From Podarcis filfolensis (Eukaryota), in the NCBI GenBank assembly GCA_964270895.1, contig OZ185436.1: a stretch of 64,000 bases of DNA; one strand, given 5' to 3'. Under the pieces are notes generated by a model, which was not told the DNA's origin, ran no database searches, and was given only the letters and a program-made list of their open reading frames with translations. Shown here piece after piece: positions 27,070-42,176 of the stretch (positions within the stretch are counted from its first letter, which is position 1; each line of letters opens with the position of its first letter). A program made the translations under genes and the position numbers.

Positions 27070-28840
27070 ACTTTTGCAATCCTGTTATATGTCCCAAGTG
27101 GGAGGTTTAGGCAGACATGAAGCGGTTGGCTCCCTCCTTGTCTCTGTTTAAGAAATTATTTAAAATATACTTATTTTATCACGTGTTTCTCTCTTGATGA
27201 TGTTCCACTTGATTCTCTTCTTTTTTTCCAATTTTAGGCTAATTGTTATATAACTGTGGGTTGTGTTTTTTTAACTGCAACTTTTGAAGATTCCTTTTAG
27301 CCTCCCCCAGCAAGTGATACATTTTCTTTCTCCAATTTTGTCTCCCTTTTGTTGAGCCTGCAGGCGGGACCTGTTTAATATTATGTATGCCCAGCACCCA
27401 GACTAGCAGTCCTCAGTTCCCCACCCCACCACCAGCAGACCACTTGGAAAATTGCTGGGGGTCTCAGAGGAAATCCCCCCCCCACAGATCAAAGCACATA
27501 CGTAACTCATATTTTAATAACCACAGCCTTGTGTTTCATTCAGGCACAGTCAGCACTTTCCACCTGACAATGATGGAAACAAGCCACGTGAGCTCATAAC
27601 CAGTAATGCTATGAGCAGGGTTGCAAGCAGAGGAGGTGGGGTTAACCATAAACCTGTTTAAAATTCTGCTTAGTTATTAATTATTTTTCATCAGCAACTA
27701 CAAATTAGCATTTACATCATGTATTTTGCACAGAAGCAAACACTGCTTCATTGACACAGCTAACTCTATCCTATGAATCCTATACAAGTACACAGCTGAC
27801 AAACTATGACCGATCCAAACAACACATGCAAGTTAGCTGTATTGTATGCAATGGAAGCCATGTACACAGGATAGCTGACAAAATGCATCAAAAATGAAAG
27901 CTATACATGCATAAACAACAAAATGCAATCAATCAAAACTAGTGCAGTTTGGGGCAATACTATTTTTTAACCATGTTTTGCTTCTGCAATGAATACAAAT
28001 AAAAATTAAACTTTTTTCTGTTTGTCTGTCTTTCAGCGTCTGCACAACTGTCAAACCAGTGATATTATGAAAATCACAGGGTTGCATCCAACTCATTTCT
28101 ACTCAGGGTAGACCTCTTAAAATTAAATACCTAAATTAAGTCACATGCATTAATTTCAATGTGTATCTGAAGAAGTGTGCATGCACACGAAAGCTCATAC
28201 CAAGAACTAACTTAGTTGGTCTTTAAGGTGCTACTGGAAGGAAAAAAAATTTTTTTTTTAATTTCAATAGGTCTGAGAAGCGCTTAGTTGGATACAGCCC
28301 ACACGCTTTAGGTTAGGTCATTCCTTTAACTCAGCTATGGGGAACTTTGGTCCTCCAGATGTTGCTGAACTACAACTTTCATAGCCAGTGGTATGTGCAG
28401 CAACACCTGGAGGGCCAAACGTTCTGCTGTAACTGGCAATTTTCTGGAGGTAAATTAATAGACTGTGTCAGCACCATATTAGGAAAGCCACAGGCCCTTC
28501 TTTGGGAGCAATCCTAACACTTCCACCCACCCAGCATGGTGGGGCTTTACAGAGCAGCAGGGTCATTGTCACTTTCATAGCTCTGCTGAGCATCCCAGCT
28601 GAAGGGTGCAGGCAGAGACTGGGCCCAGCTCACTCAACCCTGCCACATGATGGCAGCATGGTCAACTCACATTCCAAAAGATCCAGAGAACATTCAGCCC
28701 CACCTCTGGAAAGCCCCATTTCTTGGTAGGCAGACAAGGGAGATCTCCACCAGAGAGACACCGCCCCACCACCACCAGCCCAACATAAAAGGGATATGGA
28801 TTGCTCTGTCAGTACAATATTCTACAACTAGCGCAAATGG

Positions 28841-29075
28841 CAGGGGTCAGCAAACCTTTTCAGCAGGGGGCTGGTCCACTGTCCCTCAGACCATGTAGTG
28901 GGCCGGACTATATTTTTTTTTGGGGGGGGGGGGTGAACGGATTCCTGTGCCCCACAAATAACCCAGAGATGCACTTTAAATAAAAGTACACATTCTACTC
29001 ATGTAAAAACATGCTGATTCCCAGACCATCCGTGGGCCGGACTGAGAAGGCGTTTGGGCCAGATCCGGCCCCCAG
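28841..29075. mobile_element. hAT-type non-autonomous element
   Basis: caggggtcagcaaac start and gggccgga...ccggccccc subterminal motifs typical of vertebrate hAT/Charlie-like elements; 3' TIR degraded. Confidence 0.7.
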
Positions 29076-29399
29076 GCCTAATGGTCTCCATCTCAGAAAA
29101 GGAAATTGGTTGTAGGGCCAGGTACAGATATTCTCAATGGTTCTACAGCTTTTTGGCACACAACCCAAAACAAGTTCAACTTCACTCACTTTTTGAAATA
29201 TGTAATATGGCAACCCTACCCTCTAACCTCCATCATATAAGCACTTTTGCAAATAATAAATGCTGATACCAGCTGTGGGGAAGAAAAGCTCTGATCTCTG
29301 AATAGGTTTTCCACCTTCTGGGAAAACTACATTTTGGTTATTGCAGAAATGGGACCCCCGGTTGTAGCCATTTCGATTGTAATTGCCGCAACCATTTTT

Positions 29400-30620
29400 C
29401 TAAGTAATGCTGTATATGCAATTAAACATTGCTTTCGGAGCCTAAGCACCTCTCAGCAGAAGCACTTCATCCGATGGGCAGAGAAACTCAGGACTGGGTT
29501 TCGGCACAGACAAAACACTTGCTGAGCCAGCACATTTCGGCACTGGGAAAACGGGGCCAGCCATATCCGAGCGCCAAAAGCAAGGCGCGCTCCCTTTGAA
29601 CCAAGGGAGAGCAAGCGCCGTCCTCTCCTCGCGGAGAAAGGCCGGCGCAGAGGAAGCGGCTCCCCAACAGGGACCTGAGCTGCGCTCGCGCACAGCGAGG
29701 AATCAATGAACGATCTGCGTCTGCCCTTTTCAAATATGTTGAAGTTTATATAAATGCTCCAGTTCCCGCCTTCCTTTCCCGCAGCCTCCATCTTCGCCAC
29801 GGACACTCGCAAAAGGCGAGGACAACGCACCCCCGTTTTATGTGTGCGGCTGGGGTGGAACGCGCTGACGTCAGAGCCGCCGCCCGACATCTTGAGGAAA
29901 GGATTTTATCTAGGCTCCGCCATCTTTAGTGAGGGTTTCCATCACTACCCCCCTCGCCATTTTGGAATAGGTCATTCCGACTGCTGCCTTATTTTTCCTT
30001 TCCCCCCTTTTTTTCTATCTTCCATCACTTCCCCAATCGATCAAATTCCGTGTGTGTGTGTATCTGCATTTAAAGATTAAGCCGGATTGTGTTTCGAGGA
30101 AGTGATCCGCCTTTGTCAGCCGTATCGCTTCCGGGTGAAGCGAGGTGACCTCTGACCCCCGCGACGCCCGCCTCTTCCTTTCCGGTGTTGGTTGCTGCCT
30201 GCGGAGACGTGCGAGTAAGTGTCGAGAGAGGGGGGTAACTTCCATCCACCCCCATCCTCGGGGACCCGGCTCTCCCCGAATTTGTCTGCGGCTTGCTTGG
30301 CCTCTCCTCCGCCGGCTGCACGGGGAGGGCGGCGGAGGGGAGGGCCTGGTGCCCCCGGTGTCCGCGGGGGTAGGCAGCACCGCGGTGGGAAGGAGCGCGG
30401 CTGGGCAAAGCGGGGATGGAGCCTCGTAGCGCAGCCCGCCTTTTGTTTCAGTTGCGCGCCTCTTGCTTTATTAAGAGGCGAAGCAGTAGCTTGAGTCGCT
30501 TTCCGTGATGTAGGCCGTTGTGGTTCTCATTAAGGCCAAGGTGGACGAGGCTTAGAGGTTCCCCCAAGGCCGCCGCTTGGGCCTCTGGCTGTGTCTGCTC
30601 TCCGGTAGGCAGGCTGGCTC
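29400..30620. promoter_or_regulatory. CpG-island promoter of RPS14 (likely bidirectional)
   Basis: CpG-rich; perfect CRE TGACGTCA 29866-29873; YY1-like CCGCCATCTT 29917-29926 and TCGCCATTTT 29954-29963; ETS/GABP-like GGAAGT and CTTCCGG motifs; palindromic TTTATATAAA 29745-29754. Confidence 0.85.
30171..30214 (+). other. RPS14: RPS14 non-coding exon 1 with 5'-TOP tract
   Basis: cctcttcctttccggtg pyrimidine start typical of ribosomal-protein mRNAs; donor GA|gtaagt at 30215. Confidence 0.85.
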
Positions 30621-32288
30621 CCTTCCTTTTGAGATGGTTTGACGTGGGAAAAGCTTCTTAGTAGCTGCAGGTTGTTTCAACTCACAAATTCCCTCATCCC
30701 TAGGAAGTGAACTTTCTGGGTCTGATTGCGGCCTTGTGAGATCAGAGATGGTCTCGCATCATGTTTGTGTTTTCAGGCCGTCCTGTTACATTGAGAGAAA
30801 AAAGATCCACGCATCACGAAGTCGTCTGCATCTGCAAGGTTACATACAGTACACGGCCCAGCTCTGCAGCATTGCAGCCCTTAATAGCCCTATTTTTAAA
30901 GTTTCCACCTCAAAGGCTGCAATCCTAAAGCCCACTTACCTAGCAGTAGTTTGCCTTCAGTTCCGTAGGACTGACTTCTGGAAATCAGTTGTGCTTTAGA
31001 GAGCGACATGTGCTTGGTTCTTTTCACCTGGAATGCCACACACACATACTGTTGTGTGTGTGCATGCTCTTTTTGGATTGTTCAGTGTTCGGAGATTATT
31101 TGCTTAAACCGATCGTAACCACAGTGTACTTCTTAATTATAGAATGAATTTTTGTGTTCTAGATGGGGGGCAGGTTGAGCTTTGTACATAGGAGAGACAG
31201 CTAACCCTTCTTTTCTAACCATGAGAACAGTAAATCATAGTAATGGCATAGATTAATATATTCTCTATGGCCATGAGAATTCTCAGCCAGACCTGAAAAA
31301 GTTTTCAGGATTACTTCTGCAGTCACTTGGGCTAGGAACATGGTTTATTTTGTTTTTTAAGTATGCTAAAGCTGCTTCCATATTCCAGTGATAGCCAATG
31401 TGCTGCCATCTAGACACTTTGTGCTCCACCTCCTAATGCTCCTTATCATGCAAGCTGAGGTTGATGGGAGTTGTAGTACAAAGCATCTGGAGGTTACCAT
31501 GTTGACTAGCCATGCTGTATTCTTGTCTCTGCAAAATCGCTGCCATCTAGGTTTCCATACATTCTGCCTATAATCCCCTTTATTTGAATGTTGAATGTAG
31601 TGACTGGAGGGTTTCTCTGCTGTAAGATACATATCTGTTTTTTACATACCCTTTTGTTTAGAAGTACTTAAGTCCTGAGGGTCCATTTGCCCCTACTCCA
31701 TCTTCTTGATGGATTGTCTGTGGAATATATATTGCTAAATATTACAGATAAGAGCAGTGGGGATCTTGCCACATGTATGATGTTGGGAAATGTATCGTGC
31801 TATAGGCCTAAGCATACCTGATTAAGGAGTGCAGGATTTTTCCTATAGGGATGTGATTGTGGTAATGTGTGCTGTTTGATTAGCATTATTATTCTTGTGC
31901 AAGTTATTCAGGGAGGTTGTTAATTTTTGTAACCTGCTAGCTAGTATAATTAGTGTGGAAGCAACACATTTCACTGAAATGCACACTCCTACAGAAGGGA
32001 TGTTCATTTAATAGGCCTGAAATAATTTTTAAAAGAAAGTGGAGACCATTATGTTAAGTCATTTGGCTCCTATGCCCTGTTTTATGAAGAGAATTATTAA
32101 AATATGTTGAAGAAAAGTCAATGCAAATTAGCACAAGTTTTGGTTCCAAGAACTCCCAATTCTGGTTGTTGCTGGTCTCACGATGCTGTTCCTGCTAGTT
32201 AATATATTGCATATATCTTAATCAAGACTGTGAACTTAGTAAACTATGGTGCTATTGATGTCCTTTATCTTCCCCTCGGATTTATATA

Positions 32289-32560
32289 CAGTGGTGCCCC
32301 GCAAGACTAATGCCTCGCAAAACGGAAAACTCGCTAGACAAAAGAGTTTTCCGTTTTGGAGGTGCTTCGCAAAATAAATCTCCTATGGGCTTGCTTCGCA
32401 AGACGAAAATGTCTTGTGAGTTCCTGCGGGTTCCCCCCCCCCTTTTTCTAAGCCGATAAGCCACTAAAAGCCGCTAATAGCCACTAAAAGCCGCTAATAG
32501 CGCTAATCCGCTAATCCGTCAATGGGCTTGCTTCGCAAGACGACTTGCGAGGCACCACTG
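32289..32560. mobile_element. Tc1/mariner (Tigger-like) MITE in RPS14 intron 1
   Basis: TA|cagtggtgcc ... ggcaccactg|TA; internal short tandem aagccgctaatagc units. Confidence 0.85.
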
Positions 32561-32980
32561 TATATGTGTGAGAGAAGTACCTGATGCAGTGATTTCCTTG
32601 TTTTCTGAGGCAAGGAAAAGGTGGGTTGCTGCAAGGGTGAGTGGATGTTGCTGGGAGTGAGGTGCAGTTAGAAGCTGGAACTTCAGACACAGGTGCTTCT
32701 GTTGCAACCTTTGCCAAGGTGCTTTGGACTAAGATTCCCTTCTGCCCCATACAGCACAACCATGCTGGCTGGGGCTGCTGGGTGTTGTAGGGCACTAGGT
32801 TGGTGAAGGCTGCTGTACTGCCTGACTGAGCTGGAAGTTGGCATCACTACAGAAAGGATTTTCTGTTCACAGAGCTGCAAAAAGGGCCGTGAACTAGCCC
32901 CACGTAGCTGCTTATTAAAATAGCTTGCAACTTGGGTCTGAACTACTTACTTTCCTTGCCTTGGAATCTTAATTTAATAA

Positions 32981-35844
<2,864 letters not shown>

Positions 35845-35866
35845 ACAGTAGCTGTTATCTTTCATC

Positions 35867-35885
35867 ATTAAAGCTTTCCAATAAA
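35867..35885 (+). terminator. RPS14 polyadenylation signals
   Basis: ATTAAA 35867-35872 and AATAAA 35880-35885, followed by T/GT-rich sequence. Confidence 0.85.
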
Positions 35886-37129
35886 CCTCTGCTCTCATTT
35901 GTTCTTTTCTTATACAACTCTAGTCACCGCTGGTGTCCTTAGAAGTACATCCTTGAGTTGGACCTTTTCTCACTAATTACTTACATGAAAAGCAGACTCT
36001 TTGGGGGAGTTTTTCTGTGCATTAACAGCTTCCACGGGATTTCTGTTGTATCACTTTTCCACTGAGTTATTTTTCTATGAAGCTACTCAATACTACTTAG
36101 CAAAAATAAAAAATCTTGCTACAGTCTAAGGACAATTTTGAAGGTGGTGGATAAAAGTAGAGACAAAGCATCTCAATTCCATATATAGATTGAACTTTAA
36201 AAAAAACACACACACAACCCTGGACAGCCACTTCCCCCAAAGCACTGTTTGGTTTTAGATGCAATAGGCTAGCAATGTGTTCTTTTGATTTTGTATAACA
36301 GAATTCTCATCTTAACTTGCCACATACACCTTTCAGGGATCCATTTAGAAAAACATTTAAATCTGTATGAAAGGAATAATTTGATTCTTCCCCATCTGCC
36401 TTTTTAGATGCAGCTTAGCTTTTCATTATTTCAGATTATTTTGTATTCACTGGTGCATTGTCACATGCAGATCGTCAATACAGATTTACCATGGTAGAGC
36501 TGTGGATCTGAATTGAGAATTTTCATTTACATTGCATTATTGCTGCACAGAAATCCCAAGCTTGTTTTCTCAGAAGTAACTCGCTGCTTTCAATGACATT
36601 TACTCCCATGTAAGTGGATAGCATTGCAGTATTTGTCTTTTTGTCAAGAAGTAGGGAGAAGCAATTGTGTGAGAAGTGTTTACCTGTGCAAATTCTCCAC
36701 GGTTTAAATAGTGCTGGAATGAGCACCAGCAAAAATAAGGACTTTGTCATAGCTCACATTCTTATTAACACTGCACTTATTTATATCCTGTCTTTTAATT
36801 TTGCTAAAAATTCACAAGGCAGCTTCCGCTAAAACAGGCACAAAACTGTTCAGAAACTAATTGCATTAATATAAACAGGCATGAAACGAGAAAGCAGCAG
36901 GGTTTTGTTTTTTAAAAAATAAATCATGGTACTAAAATTAAACTTAATTAAAATCCCAGGCAAATAAGTTTTAACTTTACATCGAAAATTAGGATTGGTA
37001 CTCCACAGGCCAGGAGCCACTGTAGAATAGGGCATATCTCAGGCTACTACCCCTTGGTGTCTGAAGATGGAGGCTTTCAGAGCAAGAACTTAGAAAATAA
37101 TATTTAAAAATTGTTGCAGCATTACTTAG

Positions 37130-37245
37130 GGAAGTTTTAAACCTTTGATGCTTTAGCGTGTTTTTAATCTGTTGGGAGCTGCCCAGAGTGGCTGGGAAAA
37201 CCCAGCCAGATGGACGGGGTATAAATAATAAATCATTACATTATT
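37130..37245 (+). mobile_element. L2-type LINE extreme 3' end
   Basis: ctgcccagagtggctggg...cccagccagatggacggggtataaataataaat tail. Confidence 0.6.
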
Positions 37246-37870
37246 ATTTCAGTCAGGCCATGCCTGGTTCAATAGTCTCTCTAGTTCCATCATGCCAAAT
37301 GAATGCTGGACCTTTTCTGGATACCAACTGTGTCCAAGTTGTAGCAACAATATTATTGATAACCAAATAGCCTGTAAAAGCAGAAAGGAGCTATTGCCAT
37401 TTTGGACTGTACCTCTGCCTTGGGTTATTTCCCTTTTTATATTATGGGCTGTACAGTTCTGAGTGTTTTAAGCGTTTTCTTCAAAACAGGTTTTGGTTCC
37501 GCAGCATGGTTTTGGTGGCAGGCTAGTTTCTTCCTGACTCGGGAGAAACAATACATAAAATGTCACAGGACCTTGCATGTAGCTGAGGTCTACTTCTGTA
37601 TTTAGGCTCTGTATTTAGGCTGATGAGAATATGCAAGGGGCAAAAGCGTATTCTCAGAGCAAGCCCAAAACATTTTACTGCCTGAGGCAGTACAGCAAAT
37701 GGCACCGCCTTCTCTCCAAATTGAGCTGCTGCCCTGTACCTAAGGGCAGTCAAGTTATTTTGACACTTGAAGCAATGCTTATCTCCTTGGTATTAATAAT
37801 GCAATAATAAATAAATGGCTCCACCGTTTTGTGGGACATCATTGAGAGAAAAAAAGGCTAAGGAGTAAAC

Positions 37871-38004
37871 CAGGCTTCCTCAACCTCAGCCCTCCAGAGG
37901 TTTTTGGCCTACAACTCCCATGATGCCTAGCTAGCAGGACCAGTGGTTGGGGATGATGGGAATTGTAGTCTCAAAACATGGAGGGCCGAGGTTGAGGAAG
38001 CCTG
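37871..38004. mobile_element. hAT-type MITE
   Basis: TIRs caggcttcctcaacct / aggttgaggaagcctg; perfect 8-bp TSD gagtaaac. Confidence 0.9.
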
Positions 38005-39788
38005 GAGTAAACCCTACATAATTATGGAGTGGAGCCCTTAAGGTGGTTGGATGGCACATTGTACGCCGTCACCTGACAACTGCAGCCAAGCTGGTGTCAG
38101 ATGTATTGCTCCGCTATCAGCGAGGTCAAGAGAGTGGTCTTCTGGGCAGCCCACAACCTCACACACACTGCCCAGGCTTGCAGCCCAGACAGGTCACTTG
38201 GGTGCTGCTAATGCAGCAGTTTGACTTCGCCCCCGAAGCACACAACATTGTCTCTTGAAACAGACAGATGCCAACAAAACAAGCTTTTTCATGAAACCCA
38301 AAATCCTCATTCTGCCTACCAGCCCTTATTCATCTGGTCCCTGGATTAATGACTACTAACTCATTCTTTGAAATGTCTTCCATTTTCATGATCTCTTTTT
38401 GTGCATCATTTCGTGGAAAAGGAACTTGGAAATAAAGACTTTCTTCCTCATTTTCTTTTGTGGTTTTATGTGGAAACCTAAGAAATAGAAAAGGGGAAAT
38501 GATAACCAGTACTCTAGCCAATCAGAAATTGGCTACTTCCTGATGTTTAGAGTTGCTAGGTAGAAAATGCTTCACAAAAGGCTCAAGCTGTACTTCTGCC
38601 TTTGTTATGAGAGAGCAGTAGCTTGTTTAGCAGTTGTGTTCCAATGCTTCCTAAGCAAACAGGTCATTTTTAAAAAATTGAGCTGCTAAAATTTCCACCA
38701 GAAGTAGCTAGACGAGAAATAAAAAGAATGTATATTCTTGTACACCTTCAGCACAGGATTGTTACAGGGCAGAACTCCTATTTCCTTTTGATCTTGAAGG
38801 ATTCATGTGCTCGAATCCTGCTTGCTGCTTTCCCACAGGCATCTCATTGGCCACTGTGAGAGCAGGATGCTGGACTAGATGGGCCATTGGCATCCAGCAG
38901 GCTCTTATGTTCTTAATGTTCACACAGACTAGCAGTGGCTCTCTGGGGCTTCAGACAATGGTTTCTCCCATTTCCTACTTGGGGACCAAACCAGGGAAAG
39001 CAAGCATTCATTCAATCAATACCCCACAGCAGTGGTGATGCCACTTCACTTCAGGGTACAGGCATCTGTGTGCCATTGTGGGGTGTGTTCACACCACAAT
39101 GTTTGCACATCTAGTTTCATAAGCTGGGAGGTGGAGGGGGCAGGAGATGAATACCAAAGGTATTGTAGGTAGAAGGTTGGCTCACCCTCTCCCACTCTTC
39201 CTACTCACCCAATTTCATTAAAACTACATGTAACACTGCTCTACAAATATTCTTGTCAAGAGTGCTTGTGACCTAATATCACTGTTACGAATGAGAGAGT
39301 TGCACATCACAGGATGCAAGAAGAAGCCACGCAACAAGTAGTGTGTTATTTTAGAGATGAAAGTATTTGGGGATTTGTTTACAAAATCAGTTCTGTACCA
39401 AGAGAAGCTCAAATGTCTGAGCTACATCTGTTGTACAAATCAAGCATATCTTTGCTTATTTTGCATTATTTGGCTTTTGCTGGTCATGTGATGATGCAAG
39501 CTGATACGCAGGCACTGAAGTTTTACCCTTCAGTATCTGGAAATCTTCAATATGATCCCCTAGTCGCCAACATACTTTCAAACCTGCTAGTTAAAGACAC
39601 TAGCCGAATGTAGAGGATTTATCTGCTAATGTGGACTCTAGTCTACAAAGGTCCTGTAATAAATCAGTTAACACTGGTAACGAGCATGGTACCCACAAGA
39701 TGTTTTGAAATAGACTTCACCAATCGCACCTGGCTGGGGCTGATGGGAGATGGAGTCCAAAGCATCTGGAAGGCATCTGATTGACATA

Positions 39789-40560
39789 TGTTAGGGCCCA
39801 GCACCGCAAGGGAGAGACAGCCCCCATTTCAGTGCAGTGACTGTCCAATGTAAACATGATCCAGTGAAAAGTTCTAGCTGAGCAAGGGTGACTTATTGTC
39901 CTGATCCCCTGGCCAATTCAGCAGCCAGACAACATGCCAAGACTGAGTCCAAAATCCAAGGGTCAATCAGCATCTGCAAAGTCCACAGGCCGAGATCCAA
40001 AGTCAAAGGCCGAAGGTCAGGAAACGAAGTTCAGGGTCAATCAAAGCCCAAAGTAGAAACCTGTGGCGGTCCAGGAGAGCACAAGACCAGGTTCTTCACG
40101 GCAGTTGAGCAGACATGGCACCTAAGCTCTGCTGTCTTCTTATAATGTGCCTGCTGGTTGTAGCATCTGGGCTTCATCCTCACCTGCTCTCAGCTTGCTC
40201 CAGTTGAGGAATCACAAGCCTCCTTGTGATCCAGGCCCCACCTGGCCAGCTAGTGAACTGGTCTATAGGCCCTGGCCTGCCTCTGCTTCCTGGAGTGCCC
40301 TGCCTGCTGATCATTATGCCTCAAGACCCACCATGTTCATGGGGGCCGGGGTTCCTCTGGCAAGGGGTCCCGCTGTTTGACTTCCTGTTCACTGGGCCCC
40401 GTCCCTTTGTCATCCTGTGTTACCCCATGAGTACTTCCTACACCAACCTCTCCTTTCCCACCCCCAGCTTACACCCCCCCCCCCCCGTGTGACCCAGTCC
40501 CAGCCGCAATCCCAGCCAGGATCCTCTTCCTCCTCCCTGAACTCCTGCCAGTTCATGGCA
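39789..40560 (-). mobile_element. Solo LTR (Gypsy-like)
   Basis: TG...CA termini (tgttaggg ... catggca), minus-strand TATAA, imperfect 4-bp TSD cata/ctta; homologous copy at ~51330-51934. Confidence 0.6.
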
Positions 40561-41835
40561 CTTACTCCCATAGCCTCCAACATTTCTCTGATGAAAACAG
40601 GGACGTCCCATTCCATAATGATAATTTTACTATTTATACCCCACACATCTTACTGGGTTGTCCCTGCTACTCTGGGCACCTTCCAACATACATAAAAACA
40701 TAACAGAACATTAAATGTTTTTAAAAAAACTTTCCTATACAGGATTGCCTTCAGATGGCTCAGGGGCTGAATAACTCCATACCCTCCAACATTTATGTGA
40801 TGAAAATAGAGGCAACCTAAGTAAAAGCGTGACATTCTGGGATCAAATCAGAAACCAGGACAGCTTCTCTAAATCAGGATGTCCCTAGAAAATAGGGACA
40901 CTTGGAGGGTCTGTACTCCCTAGTGCTGGTATCACTTGGGGGAAAGGAAAATGGTTTGGATCTTAACATGTTTTCAACAGGCTTTGTTAGCATTGGACAC
41001 TGCATCTCTCTTGCAATGCTGGCCCAACTTTACAATACTGCCCCCATTTTTCTTCATTGGAATATGCTGACTGAGGACAACACTTAATACATTTGACAAA
41101 GCTGGCCCTATTGCATTAAAGCGTAATGTGCCATAGGAATTTGTTGCAACAGGCTGACCTGGTTAACCCTCTGGACCCTTTATCATGCCCTTGGTTATAC
41201 TGAATTCAATATATGGCACCACTGTCTAGGAAGATGGTTAACACAAAAATACCCAATCTCTGCAGTCTTTTTTCTTTAGTCTAAACTTGACATTTACATT
41301 GGGACTGGCTGGTACATTCCCGAAGCCCACTCACTCTTTCCACCTATGAGAGAACAAAAACTGGGGACCTTCATTTGTTCTCTGTCTCTCATTGGGTGAT
41401 GACACAGGTCCTGCTATTGAGTGCTGGAACTGGGAATTCTAGGCTGTGGTCTTTTAAATTTAGGTGGTGGTTTTTGTTCTTGTTTGGTTGCAAATGAGTT
41501 AATAAAAGTTGGTAGTATATGATCTTCGCTCCTTGCGTCTCACTGTTTCAGGGAAGATTTTAATCTAGGTTTCACATCCCCGCATAAAAACAGTATTGTT
41601 CATCACAACTTACTATATTGTGGCATATTGCCTCATAAATATGCACCAGTATGTTAAAGATTCATCACATGCACTTTCCAAATCTCCCCTCCAAAGCCCA
41701 ATCTGAAGTAAAATCTCTCTCTAAAGAACAAAAAGTTACTTTATTTGAATAAACTGCCGTGAGAGCCATGAGCTACGTTACAGTGTTCTCAAAACGCACA
41801 GTCTATGTGGTAGCACAAAAAGCTGAAGAACTCTG

Positions 41836-42045
41836 CCTGACAACCGGTGATGTCATCTGAGTAGCCAATGAGATTTTTTAAAAAGTTAAAGCTGGGATAA
41901 TTTGCTTACGACCTGTGTGTTGGTACTGGTGGGGGTGGAGGAAGGACTTGAAGGGGTTTTCCAATTTTTTACGTCCTGCAACTTTCACTTCCCATTTCTG
42001 TGCTTCTAGAAGCTTCTGAGGAGCGCAGCAGCCTTTATAGAGCTC
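41836..42045 (+). promoter_or_regulatory. CD74 proximal promoter: X1-X2 box, inverted Y box, kB, Ets-IRF, TATA-like
   Basis: X1 CCTGACAACCGGTG 41836-41849; X2 TGATGTCA 41848-41855; AGCCAATGAG 41863-41872; GGGGTTTTCC 41953-41962; ACTTTCACTTCC 41981-41992 (reverse GGAAGTGAAAGT); TTTATA ~42034. Confidence 0.8.
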
Positions 42046-42111
42046 TTGCTGGTCCCAGGCAGAACATCTTAATTTGCTGCCACTAAGAAGAACATCAAAA
42101 GAGACAGCACC

Positions 42112-42176
42112 ATGGAAGATGACAGGAACAACCTTCTCCCCAATACATACACTGGCTCTGCTCCAGTGCCAGAAAG
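42112..42176 (+). CDS. CD74: CD74 exon 1 (coding part)
   Basis: accATGG Kozak; [22 protein letters not shown]; phase-2 donor AG|gtacat matches exon 2. Confidence 0.85.

Larger units (their letters stand above)
11900..29720 (-). pseudogene. Unidentified multi-exon minus-strand gene remnant or spliced lncRNA, divergent from RPS14
   Basis: More than 20 non-repetitive 35-200 nt segments bounded by polypyrimidine-YAG acceptors and GT donors on the minus strand (e.g. 29450-29564, 28671-28705, 26478-26559, 24521-24619, 24124-24269, 23388-23536, 22599-22756, 21238-21333, 18560-18685, 17670-17813, 15879-16007, 15618-15746, 14835-14915). Many have one fully open frame, several have stops in all frames. 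Protein family not recognised. Confidence 0.45.
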
